A DNA stretch of 48,493 nucleotides from Octopus bimaculoides. Lineage: Eukaryota. This document shows positions 1-12,695 of the stretch, piece by piece. The notes below the pieces were generated by a model. It saw nothing but the letters and a program-made list of their open reading frames with translations, was not told where the DNA came from and searched no databases. The stretch spans positions 17,471,750 through 17,520,242 of the forward strand of contig NC_069008.1 in NCBI RefSeq assembly GCF_001194135.2. Direction: 5' to 3'. Every line of letters begins with the position of its first letter. Position 1 is the first letter of the stretch. Made by a program: the position numbers and the translations under genes.

Positions 1-90
1 AGACAGAGGGATGGACGGAGGGACGGAAAAATGGACAGATGGACGGATTGATAGACAGATAGATAGATCGATAGATGGATGGATGGACGA

Positions 91-134
<44 letters not shown>

Positions 135-233
135 GATAGATAGATAGATACACAGACAGACACACAGACAGACAGACAGATAGATAGATAGATAGATAGA
201 AAGATAGATAGATAGATAGATACACAGACAGAC

Positions 234-271
<38 letters not shown>

Positions 272-630
272 GATAGATAGATAGACAGACAGACACACAG
301 ACAGGCATACAAACAGACAGACAGACAGATAGATAGATAGATAGATAGACAGGCAGACGGATAGAGAGGTAGACAGATAGATAGGTAGATAGATAGAGAG
401 AGGGAGGGAGAGATGAATCGAAAGCAAAAAGAAGAGATCTGTAGACAGAAAAATAGATTAAATAGATTGAGAGACAGAGAGGAAGAGCAAGAAATAAAAG
501 ATTAATGGAGACGGAAACAAATTGATAGATTGTGAACAAAAGAGAAAGATGTGTAGAGAGATTCCTAGAGAGATATAATGATATTTGAATAGAGAGAGCA
601 AGAGAGAGAGAGAGAGAAGGGAGAGAGAAG
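1..630. repeat. Compound (GATA)n/(GACA)n/(GA)n microsatellite
   Basis: Directly visible. Confidence 0.95.
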
Positions 631-1125
631 GGGAGACCGATTTGGTTTGTACCTAGAGGTATGGCATAAACACGCGCCCATGCACGAGGCTGTGTTCACA
701 CATGTGGATAACAAACATGTGACTGTATGACCAGATGGTAAGTCACTGAGCCAGGCTTGTGGTTAACTGGTTAACTGCAGTATGTAGGGGACACATGCAC
801 GTGCATGCAGCCATGTTCATGCACACACACACACACGCACGTGTGTGCATGCAGATGCTCACCTGCAGAAATATTTATGCAAATAAATGCACATTAACAT
901 GTAGACAGACATATGCTTATACACATGTGTATATGGTAACGTGTATAAGCATGATGTTATTAAAAAAAATTGTGTGTATATGTGTGTATATATTACTCTA
1001 TCTCTATCACTCTTTCTCTCTCTGTCTCTCTGTCCATCTCTTTATCTAGCCGTCTATCTATCTATCTATCTATCTTTCTATATCTCTCGCTCTCTCTCTC
1101 TCTCTCTATCTATCTATCTATTGCG

Positions 1126-1159
<34 letters not shown>

Positions 1160-1858
1160 TTCTTTATTGCCCACACGGGGCTAAACATAGAGGGTACAAA
1201 CAAGGACAGCCAAAGGGATTAAGTCAATTACATCGACCCCAGTGTGTAACTGGTACTTATTCAATCGACCCCTCCCCCCCAAAGGATAAATCAGAACGTA
1301 ATGGCAGATGAAATACCACTAAGCATTTCACCCGGTGTGCTAACGATTCTGCCAGCTCCCCNNNNNNNNNNNNNNNNNNNNNNNNNNNNNNNNNNNNNNN
1401 NNNNNNNNNNNNNNNNNNNNNNNNNNNNNNNNNNNNNNNNNNNNNNNNNNNNNNNNNNNNNNNNNNNNNNNNNNNNNNNNNNNNNNNNNNNNNNNNNNNN
1501 NNNNNNNNNNNNNNNNNNNNNNNNNNNNNNNNNNNNNNNNNNNNNNNNNNNNNNNNNNNNNNNNNNNNNNNNNNNNNNNNNNNNNNNNNNNNNNNNNNNN
1601 NNNNNNNNNNNNNNNNNNNNNNNNNNNNNNNNNNNNNNNNNNNNNNNNNNNNNNNNNNNNNNNNNNNNNNNNNNNNNNNNNNNNNNNNNNNNNNNNNNNN
1701 NNNNNNNNNNNNNNNNNNNNNNNNNNNNNNNNNNNNNNNNNNNNNNNNNNNNNNNNNNNNNNNNNNNNNNNNNNNNNNNNNNNNNNNNNNNNNNNNNNNN
1801 NNNNNNNNNNNNNNNNNNNNNNNNNNNNNNNNNNNNNNNNNNNNNNNNNNNNNNNNNN

Positions 1859-1933
1859 GCCAGGTATCAGCCGCCAGGTATCATCCACCAGGTGTCTTCC
1901 ACCAGGTGTCATCCGCCAGGTGTCATCCGCCAA
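1859..1933. repeat. 14-bp minisatellite (CCAGGTGTCATCCG) x ~5, continuing into gap
   Basis: Directly visible. Confidence 0.85.
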
Positions 1934-3004
1934 GAATAGTAGGGAATCACCATTAAATGGTGGATGCAGTGATGCCCTGTTACAGCGAATGACACCCCCC
2001 ACCCCACCCAAACAACAACTACTACTACTACGTACAGTCTGTATGTATGTATGTATGTATGTATATAGGTGTTTGTACTTCTGTATTTATATATGTACAT
2101 GTATGTATGTTTACATGCATGTATGTATGTGTGTATATGTATGTGTGTGTATATGCATGTGTGTGTGTATGAATATATGTGTGTGTATGTGTATGTTTGT
2201 ATATATCTAATGAAAATCCCATGAAAATTCCTGCAAATATCTCTGCCATAAACCAATAATTAAAAACATTAACGAACACATTAGAGAAAGACATTTAAAG
2301 CATAACAACAAACAACAACACAAAAACAACTACACAAAGCATAAAAAAACAAGACCAAAGCGATGGAATGGCGTCACCAAATGAAAGCTAATTTTTCAGG
2401 AATGAAATTTTCTCCAAGAAATGTCAGCCGGAATCTTTAAGAAAATGTCAAAATAATGAAGAAAATGGTAGATTGTGTTCTAAAGAGTCTTGTCTGAGAA
2501 TGTATATTATTGAATTGAAGAAATTCTAGAATATATTTCTTGGATTTCACTTTGGTTCAGTGAATCGGAACTTGTTGAGAAAATGTCAAAGAGATTCTCT
2601 GAGAGAGATTTTTGTGGGGGTTGTTTTGTTTTTTTCTGATTCAGTTTTTTTTTTTATTTTCTTTTTTTTTTTTTTGATCTCAAAAGAAATGATGCTTGTT
2701 GTAACAAACCAATATTGGTGTCTGTCTTTCTTTGATATATGTCTGGCATTCAACACCTTGAGAACATACACAACAGGACGTGTGTGTGTGTGTGTGTGTG
2801 TGTGTGGTAAGTCAAAGAACAGCACCAGGCCTCAGTTGTCAGCTTTGGCATGGTTTCCACAGTTGGATGCCCTTCCTAATGCCAACCACTTTACAGAGTG
2901 GCACTGGGTGCTTTGTGTGTGGCACTGCCATGGGCACGTTAACGTGATACTGGTATGGGTGCATTTTACATGACACCAATCATCATTATTATTATTATTA
3001 TTAT

Positions 3005-3307
3005 TAAAGAATAAAAAGTTTAGAAAGGTGTAACAATGCACTATAGAACAAAAAATGGACTATATACCTGTTGTAATTTAGTTATCTATAGTCCGATGAA
3101 ATTTCGGAATTAGAATTCCTTCTTCAGAAAAAAAGGAAAACCGTTGGAAAACAGTTTATAGCAGAGACTCCAGCAAATAAGTTCTGAAGAAGGAATTCTA
3201 ATTCCGAAATATCATCGGACTATAAATAACCAAGTTACAACAGGTATACAGTCCATTTTTTTGTTCTATAGTGCATTGTTGTACCTTTCTAAACTTTTTA
3301 TTCTTTA
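3005..3307. repeat. Long inverted repeat (arms 3005-3129 / 3182-3307)
   Basis: ~125-bp arms, few mismatches, 52-bp spacer. Confidence 0.9.
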
Positions 3308-3402
3308 CAAATAATACACAATGCTTCAAGCGAACTACAATACTCTCTTATTATTATTATTATTATTATTTAAAGGATTGATGTTACTCCTCCAGAAAGT
3401 AA

Positions 3403-3582
3403 AGAAACAATAAAGAAGAGTGCGACTGTTATGGAACGAACAATATTTTGCCATCTCGTGCGTCTTCCACAGGTTCAAAATAAACATCTCAGTCTACTTC
3501 GTTTATTTTGAACTTGTGGAAGACACACGAGATGTTGAAATATTGTTTATTTGATAACAGTCACACTCTTCTTATTGTTTCT
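3403..3582. repeat. Second long inverted repeat (arms 3403-3485 / 3501-3582)
   Basis: ~83-bp arms, 15-bp spacer. Confidence 0.85.
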
Positions 3583-3980
3583 GTTATTATTAATATTATT
3601 ATTATTATTATTATTATTATTATCATTACTATTGTTGTTGTGTGGTTTCTAATTAGTATTGTTAATTCACTGATTACTAATTAATTTTCTGTAATTAGTC
3701 AACCACAGCAGCAGGTTCACTAATTAGGTTTCTCTGCTATTAATTTACATCGGTTTTTTTTTTTCTATTTGTTTTTAGTTTTAGCTGGTGTCTGACAATG
3801 CAATCTTCCTTCTTCACGTGGACCGTTATACAGCCACCACCACCACCACCACCACCATTAACACAACACCACCACCACATCATCATCATCATCACCACTG
3901 GAATTCCTTATCTCCATGTCAAATAACAAACCATTACTGACATCAGAAACTGTACCTGGAAACGGACTGGAAGCCTGTCG

Positions 3981-4015
<35 letters not shown>

Positions 4016-4399
4016 ATGTCTATGTGTTCCACCCACCCACCATCCACTGCTTGACGACAGGTGTTGGTTAGGTTATGTCCTCGTAAATTAGTGGTTTGGC
4101 ACAAGAAACTGATACAATGTGTGCCAGATTTAGAAAAACAAGTCCCGGGGTCGATTTATTCGACTAAAGCCTTTACGGTGGTGCCCCAGCATGGCCACAC
4201 TTCAATGGCTGAAACAAGGAAAAGAAAAGAGAAACAGAATCACTGCTTTATATGAAAACCGCAAATCGCATAAAGCTCGCTTATGTCAGCGGTAAATTGG
4301 TAAGGGGAAGTAACTCTTACATAAATACTGGCTCGGCTGGTTTTCATGACGGGGTCCCAGTTTGATCCGGGCAATGGAACAGCCTGCTCGTGGTATTAA

Positions 4400-4620
4400 C
4401 CCTTTCGATGCCAACCCGGCTGAAACCCCCTCTGGCTCTGAGTACAAATGTCTTGTTTTCATAAGTTCTCAACTGAAATCTTCCACCAAACCTTAGTCAC
4501 AATTTATGTTCCTAACACTAGCTGAATGATAACGAAGTTATTTTACTAAATTCTTTGTTATATTTAAAATTAATTGAAAGAAACACAGAGCATCTCAACA
4601 GAAATAGGGTAACGAAAGGG
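4400..4620. mobile_element. piggyBac-type MITE (family P1) nested in a SINE D
   Basis: TTAA|CCCTTTCG...CGAAAGGG|TTAA; uninterrupted SINE D copies (~6920, ~16405) carry a single TTAA here. Confidence 0.85.
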
Positions 4621-6064
4621 TTAACGTGTATGTGACCGAGTACTCCACAGACACACGTGTACCCTTAATGTAGTTCTCATGGAGATTCAGTTTGACACGG
4701 AATGTGACAAGGCTGGTCCTTTTTGAAATGCAGGTTCTATTCATTTCTGCCAGACGAAGAGACCCGAGCAACGTGAAGTAACTGACGCATAAGACACGAA
4801 AAGGTAAAGATGAGTTTTATGGTATCTGATATGTTGAAGGATGCTTGTGAATTTGGAACTGCTTATGCTGTTCAATATTTCAATATTGCTGTTTTGTGAA
4901 ATCTCAGACGAACCCCTTGAAATGTCCAATGCATTTTCCAAAGTTCGCTCTGAACGCCCTTGCTTGTTTTCTGATTTTTAGTTCGTCCTCATTTCTGAGA
5001 AATCCAAAGAAGCAGAATAGCTGATGGGAAGCAACTCTTAGAGAAATTTCGTTTTGGGATTTGGTTTGCAAGATTCTTTATGTGAGTTCGTGTGTTGAAG
5101 CATATTCTGTTGTGTCTGGGGAGAGTCATTCTCTCTTTTGGTGCCTTGTAATTTAACAGACTCACCGGTAAAATTTCTACTTATTTATTTTTTATTTTTC
5201 TAAAATTTTCGTTGTGTCTTGCAACCTTTTCAATAGTTGTTGACTCTTTCCGTTACACACGCTGTGTTCCTTTTTGTTTGTTTGTGCACATGTGTGTGTG
5301 TGTACCTCTACATCCATGCATGTGTGTGCGTAAATACTTACTATTAAAGGGAGGCGACTGAAGGAAGACCTACTGGGACATCACGGTTTTATGAACCAAC
5401 GACCAAATTGAAGAATCTCAGATCAGCATCGATAGAAGATGGCAAAGGGGATTATGTTTGGCAACGGCAGAACTGTTCTGGTGTTTTACGCTGATGGCAA
5501 TAGTAAAGGAGTGGTTGGGTGGGTAGGAAGGTTACATCCCGACCATGGAATTTCGAGTTTGGGGCACTGGGGGGGCATGTGTCTGCATCTAGTAGTGGGG
5601 CCTTGGTACAGGGGTTCCAGGGTTTGGAAACACCTCTTAACCACTACTGTTCCCCAGTCTACTCCGAACCCAGAATAGCAGTCCCTGTTAGGGTCCCGGA
5701 CATGGGTTAAGTAACATGTGAATCACATGGAAATAAAGACCTCCCCTAATTCTCATTACAACTTACTGATCTCTGATTGTCTCAACCGTTTTTTGGTGCC
5801 ATTGGTTCTTATAGCTGATTGTACCGAAAATTGGGTTCACTGGTAAGCAACACTTTATCCACTCAAAACAATTCCATTCACAGGAATTTCTCAGACTCTC
5901 AGAACATTTCCATGGAAACCATGTTCGTATGCACTATTTGTGAGGTTTATAGTGTTTTGATAGTAATTCAATGATCATGCTGCGTTTGGGTTGTTTTGAG
6001 AGTGGTACCATATTGGCCCTAGTACATATAGTGGTGACTGTTTCATACACAAGTAAAAAAATAA

Positions 6065-6241
6065 GGAGTGGCTGTGTGGTAAGTAGCTAGCTTACCAACC
6101 ACATGGTCCCGGGTTCAGTCCCACTGCGCGGCATCTTGGGCAAGTGTCTTCTACTATAGCCTCGGGCCGACCAAAGCCTTGTGAGTGGATTTGGTAGACG
6201 GAAACAGAAAGAAGCCCGTCGTATATATGTATATATATGTC

Positions 6242-6280
<39 letters not shown>

Positions 6281-6500
6281 GTTTGTATGTGTGTGTTTGT
6301 CCCCCCAACATCGCTTGACAACCGATGCTGGTGTGTTTATGTCCCCGTAACTTAGCGGTTCGGCAAAAGAGATCGATAGAATAAGTACTAGGCTTCTAAA
6401 GAATAAGTCCTGGGGTCGATTTGCTCGACTAAAAGGCGGTGCTCCAGCATGGCCACAGTCAAAAGACTGAAACAAGTAAAAGAGTAAAAGAGTAAAAGAG
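6065..6500 (+). mobile_element. SINE family A, full length (tRNA-derived head, CORE-like segment, internal microsatellite)
   Basis: GGCTGTGTGGTAAG...GGGTTCAGTCCC (A/B-box-like), GCATCTTGGGCAAGTGTCTT, AAAGAGT tail. At least 15 copies or fragments in the window. Confidence 0.85.
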
Positions 6501-6660
6501 TAATATATATAGACTTGAGAAATTGATGCAAAATATAATTTTATTCGGACGTTTATTTAAACCAGAAATTGTGTATAAAAGACATAAAAAAATTTTTTAG
6601 CTGCCATAGTGAAGGTGTGTGTATGTGTGCACATAAAACATATATATATATACACATATG

Positions 6661-6985
6661 AAGGCACGTGGCTTAGTGGTTAGGGCATTCAGCTGACGAT
6701 TGTAAGGTCGTGAGTTCAATTCCCTGCGACGCGTTGTGTCTTTGAGCAAGACACTTTATTTCACGTTGCTCCAGTCCACTCAGCTGGCAAAAATGAGTAG
6801 TACCTGTAATTCAAAAAGGGCCAGCCTTCTCACATTCTGTGTCACGCTGAATTTCCCCGAGAACTACGTTAAGGGCACACGTGTCTGTGGAGTGCTCAGC
6901 CACTTGCACATTAATTTCATGAGCAAGCTGTTCTGTTGATCGTATCAGCTGAGACCCTCGTCATAGTAACCGATGGAGTGCTCCT
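6661..6985 (+). mobile_element. SINE family D (tRNA-derived)
   Basis: A-box GTGGCTTAGTGGTTAGG, B-box GAGTTCAATTCC, TTGAGCAAGACACT core. Copies at 16337-16545 (-) and 4320-4740 (-, interrupted). Confidence 0.85.
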
Positions 6986-6988
6986 CAT

Positions 6989-7034
<46 letters not shown>

Positions 7035-7125
7035 GTTATATATATACATATGTTATATATATACATATATATTATATAAATATATATTATGTATATATAT
7101 GTGTATTGTGTGGGTTTATACACAT

Positions 7126-7158
<33 letters not shown>

Positions 7159-7177
7159 CATACATACATACATTTAA

Positions 7178-7395
7178 CCATTTAGCATTCAAATTATTCT
7201 GTCAAATGTAATGCTTATTTATTCATATTGTTTTCTGTTAATCATGCATTTATTTCATAGCTTCGAGATTTCAATGATGTGATTATTTAAAAAATGACAT
7301 TGTAGGGTAGGTGTGAGAGGCCGGATCTGGCCAGTCTGAACATAAAACAGGTTGAAAATTTGGGCCCAAATATGATTGGTCCATATACTAAAGGG
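7178..7395. mobile_element. MITE P2 copy downstream of FAH stop
   Basis: TTAA|CCATTTAGCATT...CTAAAGGG; reverse complement of 40532-40750. Confidence 0.7.
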
Positions 7396-7717
7396 CTATG
7401 AGTATGTATGTATTTTAGTATGCATGTCTTTATAGTGTGTGTGTGTGTGTGTGTGTGTAATGCCTTGCCTTTAACACATCAATGATTATTGTCTTCTTTT
7501 TTCCCCCCTTCCACGCTTTCTCGTAATACAATACAGCAGAATGATAAAGAAGGTTCTGCAAATGAGAGGTGTCAATTGTCTCAACTAAGCCAATTAACTA
7601 AACTAATTAAAATGAAGTCAATTAAGCAAACAAACACTCAAGATAAAAAATAGCCAAAAGACCCCCACCTCAGAAAAGGAAAGAATAATGAATGGAAGAA
7701 AAGTAAGGGGTCAGTGT

Positions 7718-7794
7718 TTAGATAGGATTTGCTGGGAGAACTGTACCACGACAGGTTCCAAAACCTATTTTGTAGCCATTTCCTTCGCAATAAC
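7718..7794 (-). CDS. FAH: FAH exon 13 (terminal, 77 nt to TAA)
   Basis: tttcag|[25 protein letters not shown]. Confidence 0.95.
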
Positions 7795-10700
7795 CTGAAA
7801 ATAGAAAGAAAAGGTAAGTTATGCTTCGTTTATATAAAAGTAAACATAAGTAATGGTATTTGGATAGTTCTGTCACTCTCATATTTATTTATGAATAATT
7901 TCATGTATTTTGTTTGTTTAAATGGTGTTTTGGTCACCTCAAAAGAATTTGCAGGTAGGGTGGGGACAAATTTTACAAGTTGTTAGCTGGCAGACTCTGG
8001 CTGAGGAGAAACAGACACCTATTTGGCACTCATTTCGAAACCATGGTTAACAGGTTGACCAGTATTACTTGTGCTGACCTAGCAGGGGTGAGACGTTTTT
8101 AATGTTCACTGACAAGACCCGGCAAGCCAAGTGAGACTGTGACCGTGGCCTATGCCCGTGCAGCATAACCGGCCCCTTTTATGAGCACCCTTCACTCATT
8201 GGGCAATTAACTGCACTTGTGAAGACTTGCTGAGTCAAGTGAAGTCATTGTCGTGGCCGATGACAGTACCGCCTGATCGGCACCCATGCTGGTGGCATAT
8301 AAAAAGCACCATTCGAGTGTGGTCGATGCCAGTGCTGACTGACTGGTCCCGTACCAGTGGAATGTAAAAAGCACCATTCAAATATGGTCGATGCCAGTAC
8401 CACCTGACTGGCTCCTGTACTGGTAGCACGTAAAAACACCCACTCCACTCTCAGAGTGGTTGATGTTAGGAAGGGCATCCAGCTGTAGGAACTCTGCCAC
8501 ATCAGATTGGTGCCTGGTGCAGCCTTCTGGTTCTCCAGCCCTCAGTCAAACCGTCCAACCCATGCCAGCATGGAAAGTGGATGTTAAACAACGATGATGA
8601 TGGTGATGATGACAGTGTATATACATGTGTGTGTGTGTGTGCACTTGTTCACTCAAATGTAGTAAAACCACCACGCACCTCCCACCGACACTCCTCCATC
8701 CACTTCTTCTTACCTGTTAAGATAGCCTCATCTCCATCTTGGAGGAACTTTCTGGTTTGACCACCACCTACGTCCACAGTCTTGCTGCCTTTCCATGTTA
8801 GTTCCAACAGAGAGCCATACGAATCCTCAGTCTGAAATATTCGAGAGGGGTGGTCATTTTATATATATATATATATATATTGTAGTGTTTGATTTGGTTT
8901 GCAATAAGGGTAATATAATTTAGTGTTTCAATTGTGATGTCTAAACAGTTTTTAAAATGTTCTTATCTATATTTTTATCTTTTATTACTATATTATTGCT
9001 ATGTTTCTACACTCATATCTATATATTCATATATCTATATATATATTTATTGATCCTATATTTTTCTATGTTCGATATCTTAATATGTTTTAATTTTGGA
9101 TGAATTTCATCTTGATCAAATGTGCACACACATATATATATGTTGATAGTGGTTTCGTAAGAAAAATTTAACTATATATATATAAAAGACGATATACCGT
9201 CCCACTGATTGTTCCGGAACCCATCAAATCTCCAGCATTCACGTTGCAGCCATTACTGGTGTGATGAACAAGTTGCTGTTTCATAGTCCAATACATGTAC
9301 TGTGTGAAAGAGAGAAAGAGAGAGAAAGAAGATAAAAACAGATTTGTGCATGCATTATTTTTCTTTTAACTCAAAGTTTATTTTGAAATTCCTCATGTCT
9401 TGCATGTGTCTGCAGCCTGTGGTACCATGTTATTAGTTCTCTTCAACTATCTTCGGTACTTCCGTAAGGATTCTGGCTGTGCCAGGGAGGAAAACTTTTT
9501 GCAACAGCTCAACAGGACACTCTTCCCATTTCTTTATTATTATCATTATTATCATTTTGGTTTGGCTCAGGTTTGGTCTTATTCTTGGCAGGAATTCTGT
9601 AGATAGTGGGTTACTACCTATAACCTTAAGTATCCAAAAGTTTTCAGCAGTCTTCAAGTGCTTAGAACCCTCCTGATAATCCTTGCTGTTCCTAAGAGAC
9701 AAACTTTCTGTAGGAACTCTACCAGGCATTCTATTCTAATCTCCTTCAACCATTTATCTACATCTTGGCTTACTGTTCCTAATGCACCAATTATTATAGG
9801 CACAACCATTACTGTTCGCCTGATCCAAATTCTTCCTATTTCAAATTTTAAGGAATTGTATTTTTTTTTGTTTTTCTTTCTCTTTCTTTATGATCCAGTG
9901 CTACCTGACTGGCTCCCATGCTGGTGGCACATAAAAAGCTCCATTTGTGAGTGGTCAATGCCAGTGCCGCCTTACTGGCACCTGTGCCGGTGACACATAA
10001 ATGCACCATTCAAGCATGGTCGATGCCAGTGCCACCTGACTGGCTCCCGTGCCAGCGGTACATAAAAAGCACTCTTAGAGTGGTTGACATTAGGAAGGGC
10101 ATCCAGCTGTAGAAACCTTGTCAGATCAGATTGGAGCCTGGTGCAGCCTCCTGGCTTGCCAGCCCTCAGTCAAACCGTCCAGCCCATGCCAGCATGGAAA
10201 GCGGACATTAAACGATGATGATGATATGTATATACATGCCCATTCACACACACACTATAAAAACTGAATCCAAAAGAGAACTTACCTTGAAGTTGGAACG
10301 AGATACGACGGCAGGTTCTGACACATCAGGAACTAAAAAATAACATAAATGCACATATATATATCTATATATATAAATATACATATACCAGGGTAAAAAG
10401 AAAACTATACTCTGTTAGTGATGTCACAACTCATTTCTACAGCTGAGTGAACTGGAGCAACGTGAAATAAAGTGTCTTGCTCAAGAACACAACACACAGC
10501 CCGGTCTGGGAATTGAACTCACTACTTCATGATTGTGAACCTGACGCTCTAACCACTGTATAGATACAAACATATCTATACATTTACATATGTTAGATAA
10601 AGCAGTCAAGTGTGTGTGCACAGAAAAGAGCAATGATTGTAGGTGGAGGAACACCTTCAACTATAAATCAGCAGGACCAGGGCTGACCCAGGAACTAAAT

Positions 10701-12658
10701 TACCACAAGTCACCATAAAGATCACTGAGAGAGAAAGAGAGAGAGAGAGAGAATGATTGTTGATCATCTTACCTTTTATGGACACATCCAGCTTGATATC
10801 AAAGTTATAGTTGTCTGGATGGCTGAGGTGGGGTAATGCTGGTGGGTCCTGTCAAAATAGCATTTATACGTCTATACAATCATCTGCTGGTTCATTTGCT
10901 CGTTATACATTAATTAGTTAAAGATATGGAGCTGATATAATATGTCTTGGAACTTATTGCAAAGCATCATAATAAACATTTTTTTGTCTTCCCATTCAGG
11001 GGAATCAGTACAGTTTCTTTTTTTTTGTATCTAACCTCTTTCTTTCTCTCTCTCTCTCTCTCTTTCTACTGATTGTTTTCAACCATCACCAACGCCACCA
11101 CCATCGCCACCGCAACTGCCATACACACACCATTCAGACTTCTGACGCCACCACCATCAACAACGCCTTCCCCTCCACCACCATCACTTACTATCACTGT
11201 CATGCTTGACTGCCTCAGCTACCACCACCACCACCATCACCTCCGCCTCTATCACAACTACAGCTCATACTATTACAATGACCCCATTACCATTTCAAAT
11301 GTCAATATACTACAGCCTTCACCATGCCTACTATTACTCTCACCCCAGCAAGAGGAATAGTAGAAGTGTTATTGAATAGTGAGAGAGCGGGGTTCAAAGT
11401 GTGACACACTGACACACAGAAATTCGTTTTGGCATTTATTATTATAGATGGTTTAAAATTATACAAAAAGTCGAAAACAGAAGACAGAGGCAGGAGAGGA
11501 AAAGGTGTAGTAGTCTGATGCTGAGAAAAAATAGAAGTCTTAGACATTTCTAACCAGAATGAGAAAAAACAGATGGAGAGAAGATAATGTCTGGATTAAC
11601 AGTTGCACGTGTGTGTGTGTGTACTTTGCAGAGAAACTCATTTAACAAAATGGAACAATATCTTACCTGAGGCAGATTGTCTGTGACAAAAGGTTTGAGG
11701 GCTTCCATAGTGACCACCCAAGGAGAAATACTGGTGCCGATGCTTTTAGCAAGGAACGGTCCAAGAGGAACATATTCCCACTTTTGAATGTCACGAGCTG
11801 TAAATAACCCAAAGAAAAGAAAACAAATAAAGAAATGAATCATGGCTGCCTCCCAACCACATGGTTCAGGGTTCAGTCCCACTGCGTGGCACCTTGGGCA
11901 AGTGTCTTCTACTATAGCCTTGGGCTGACCAAAACCTTGTGAATAGATTTGGTAGACGGAAACTGAAAGAAGCCTGTCATGTATATATGTGTGCTTGTGT
12001 GTGTGTCACCAACATCACTGCTTGATAACCGGTGTTGGTGTGTTTACGTCCCCATAGCTAAGTGGCCGACCAAAGCCTTGTGAGTGGATTTGGTAGACGG
12101 AAACTGGAAGNNNNNNNNNNTGTCACCAACATCACTGCTTGATAACCGGTGTTGGTGTGTTTACGTCCCCATAGCTAAGTGGCCGACCAAAGCCTTGTGA
12201 GTGGATTTGGTAGACGGAAACTGGAAGAAGCCCATCGTATATGTATGTGTATGTGTGTGTTTGTGTGTCTGTGTTTGTCCTCCCACCATCGCTTGACAAC
12301 CGATGCTGGTGTGTTTACGTCCCCGTAACTTAGTGGTTCGGCAAAAGAGGCCAATAGAATAAGTACTAGGCTTACAAAAAATAAGCTCTCGGGTTGATTT
12401 GCTCGACTAAAGGTGGTGCTCCAGCATGGCTGCAGTCAAATGACTGAAACAAGTAAATAAATAAGTATATATATATATATATATAAAAATATATATATAT
12501 ATATATGTGAATAAGTAAATGATAGGTTTGCCTCAATCCTCCAGGGGTAGTCTGAAGCATCCAAGCAACCAGGGGATACATAACCTCCACATAATAAAAC
12601 AATGGCTAACTAGCCCAACAGAATTGCTTCTTCTTGTATTTGTTGCTCCATTCTCCAC

Positions 12659-12695
<37 letters not shown>

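Noticed and set aside
4741-4990. Possible coding remnant
   Set aside because: All frames are short or stop-interrupted with no motif I can recognise.
6661-6735. tRNA gene
   Set aside because: A/B boxes continue into a multi-copy SINE body; no proper acceptor stem or poly-T terminator.
8270-8440. Repeat-spacer-like pattern suggesting CRISPR (also family F arrays)
   Set aside because: Eukaryotic intron context, whole units are homologous (no unique spacers), no cas genes.
12004-12227. Exact 107-bp direct duplication
   Set aside because: Identical copies flank a 10-N gap: typical contig-overlap artefact. The same applies to 17957/18416 and the region around 21653.
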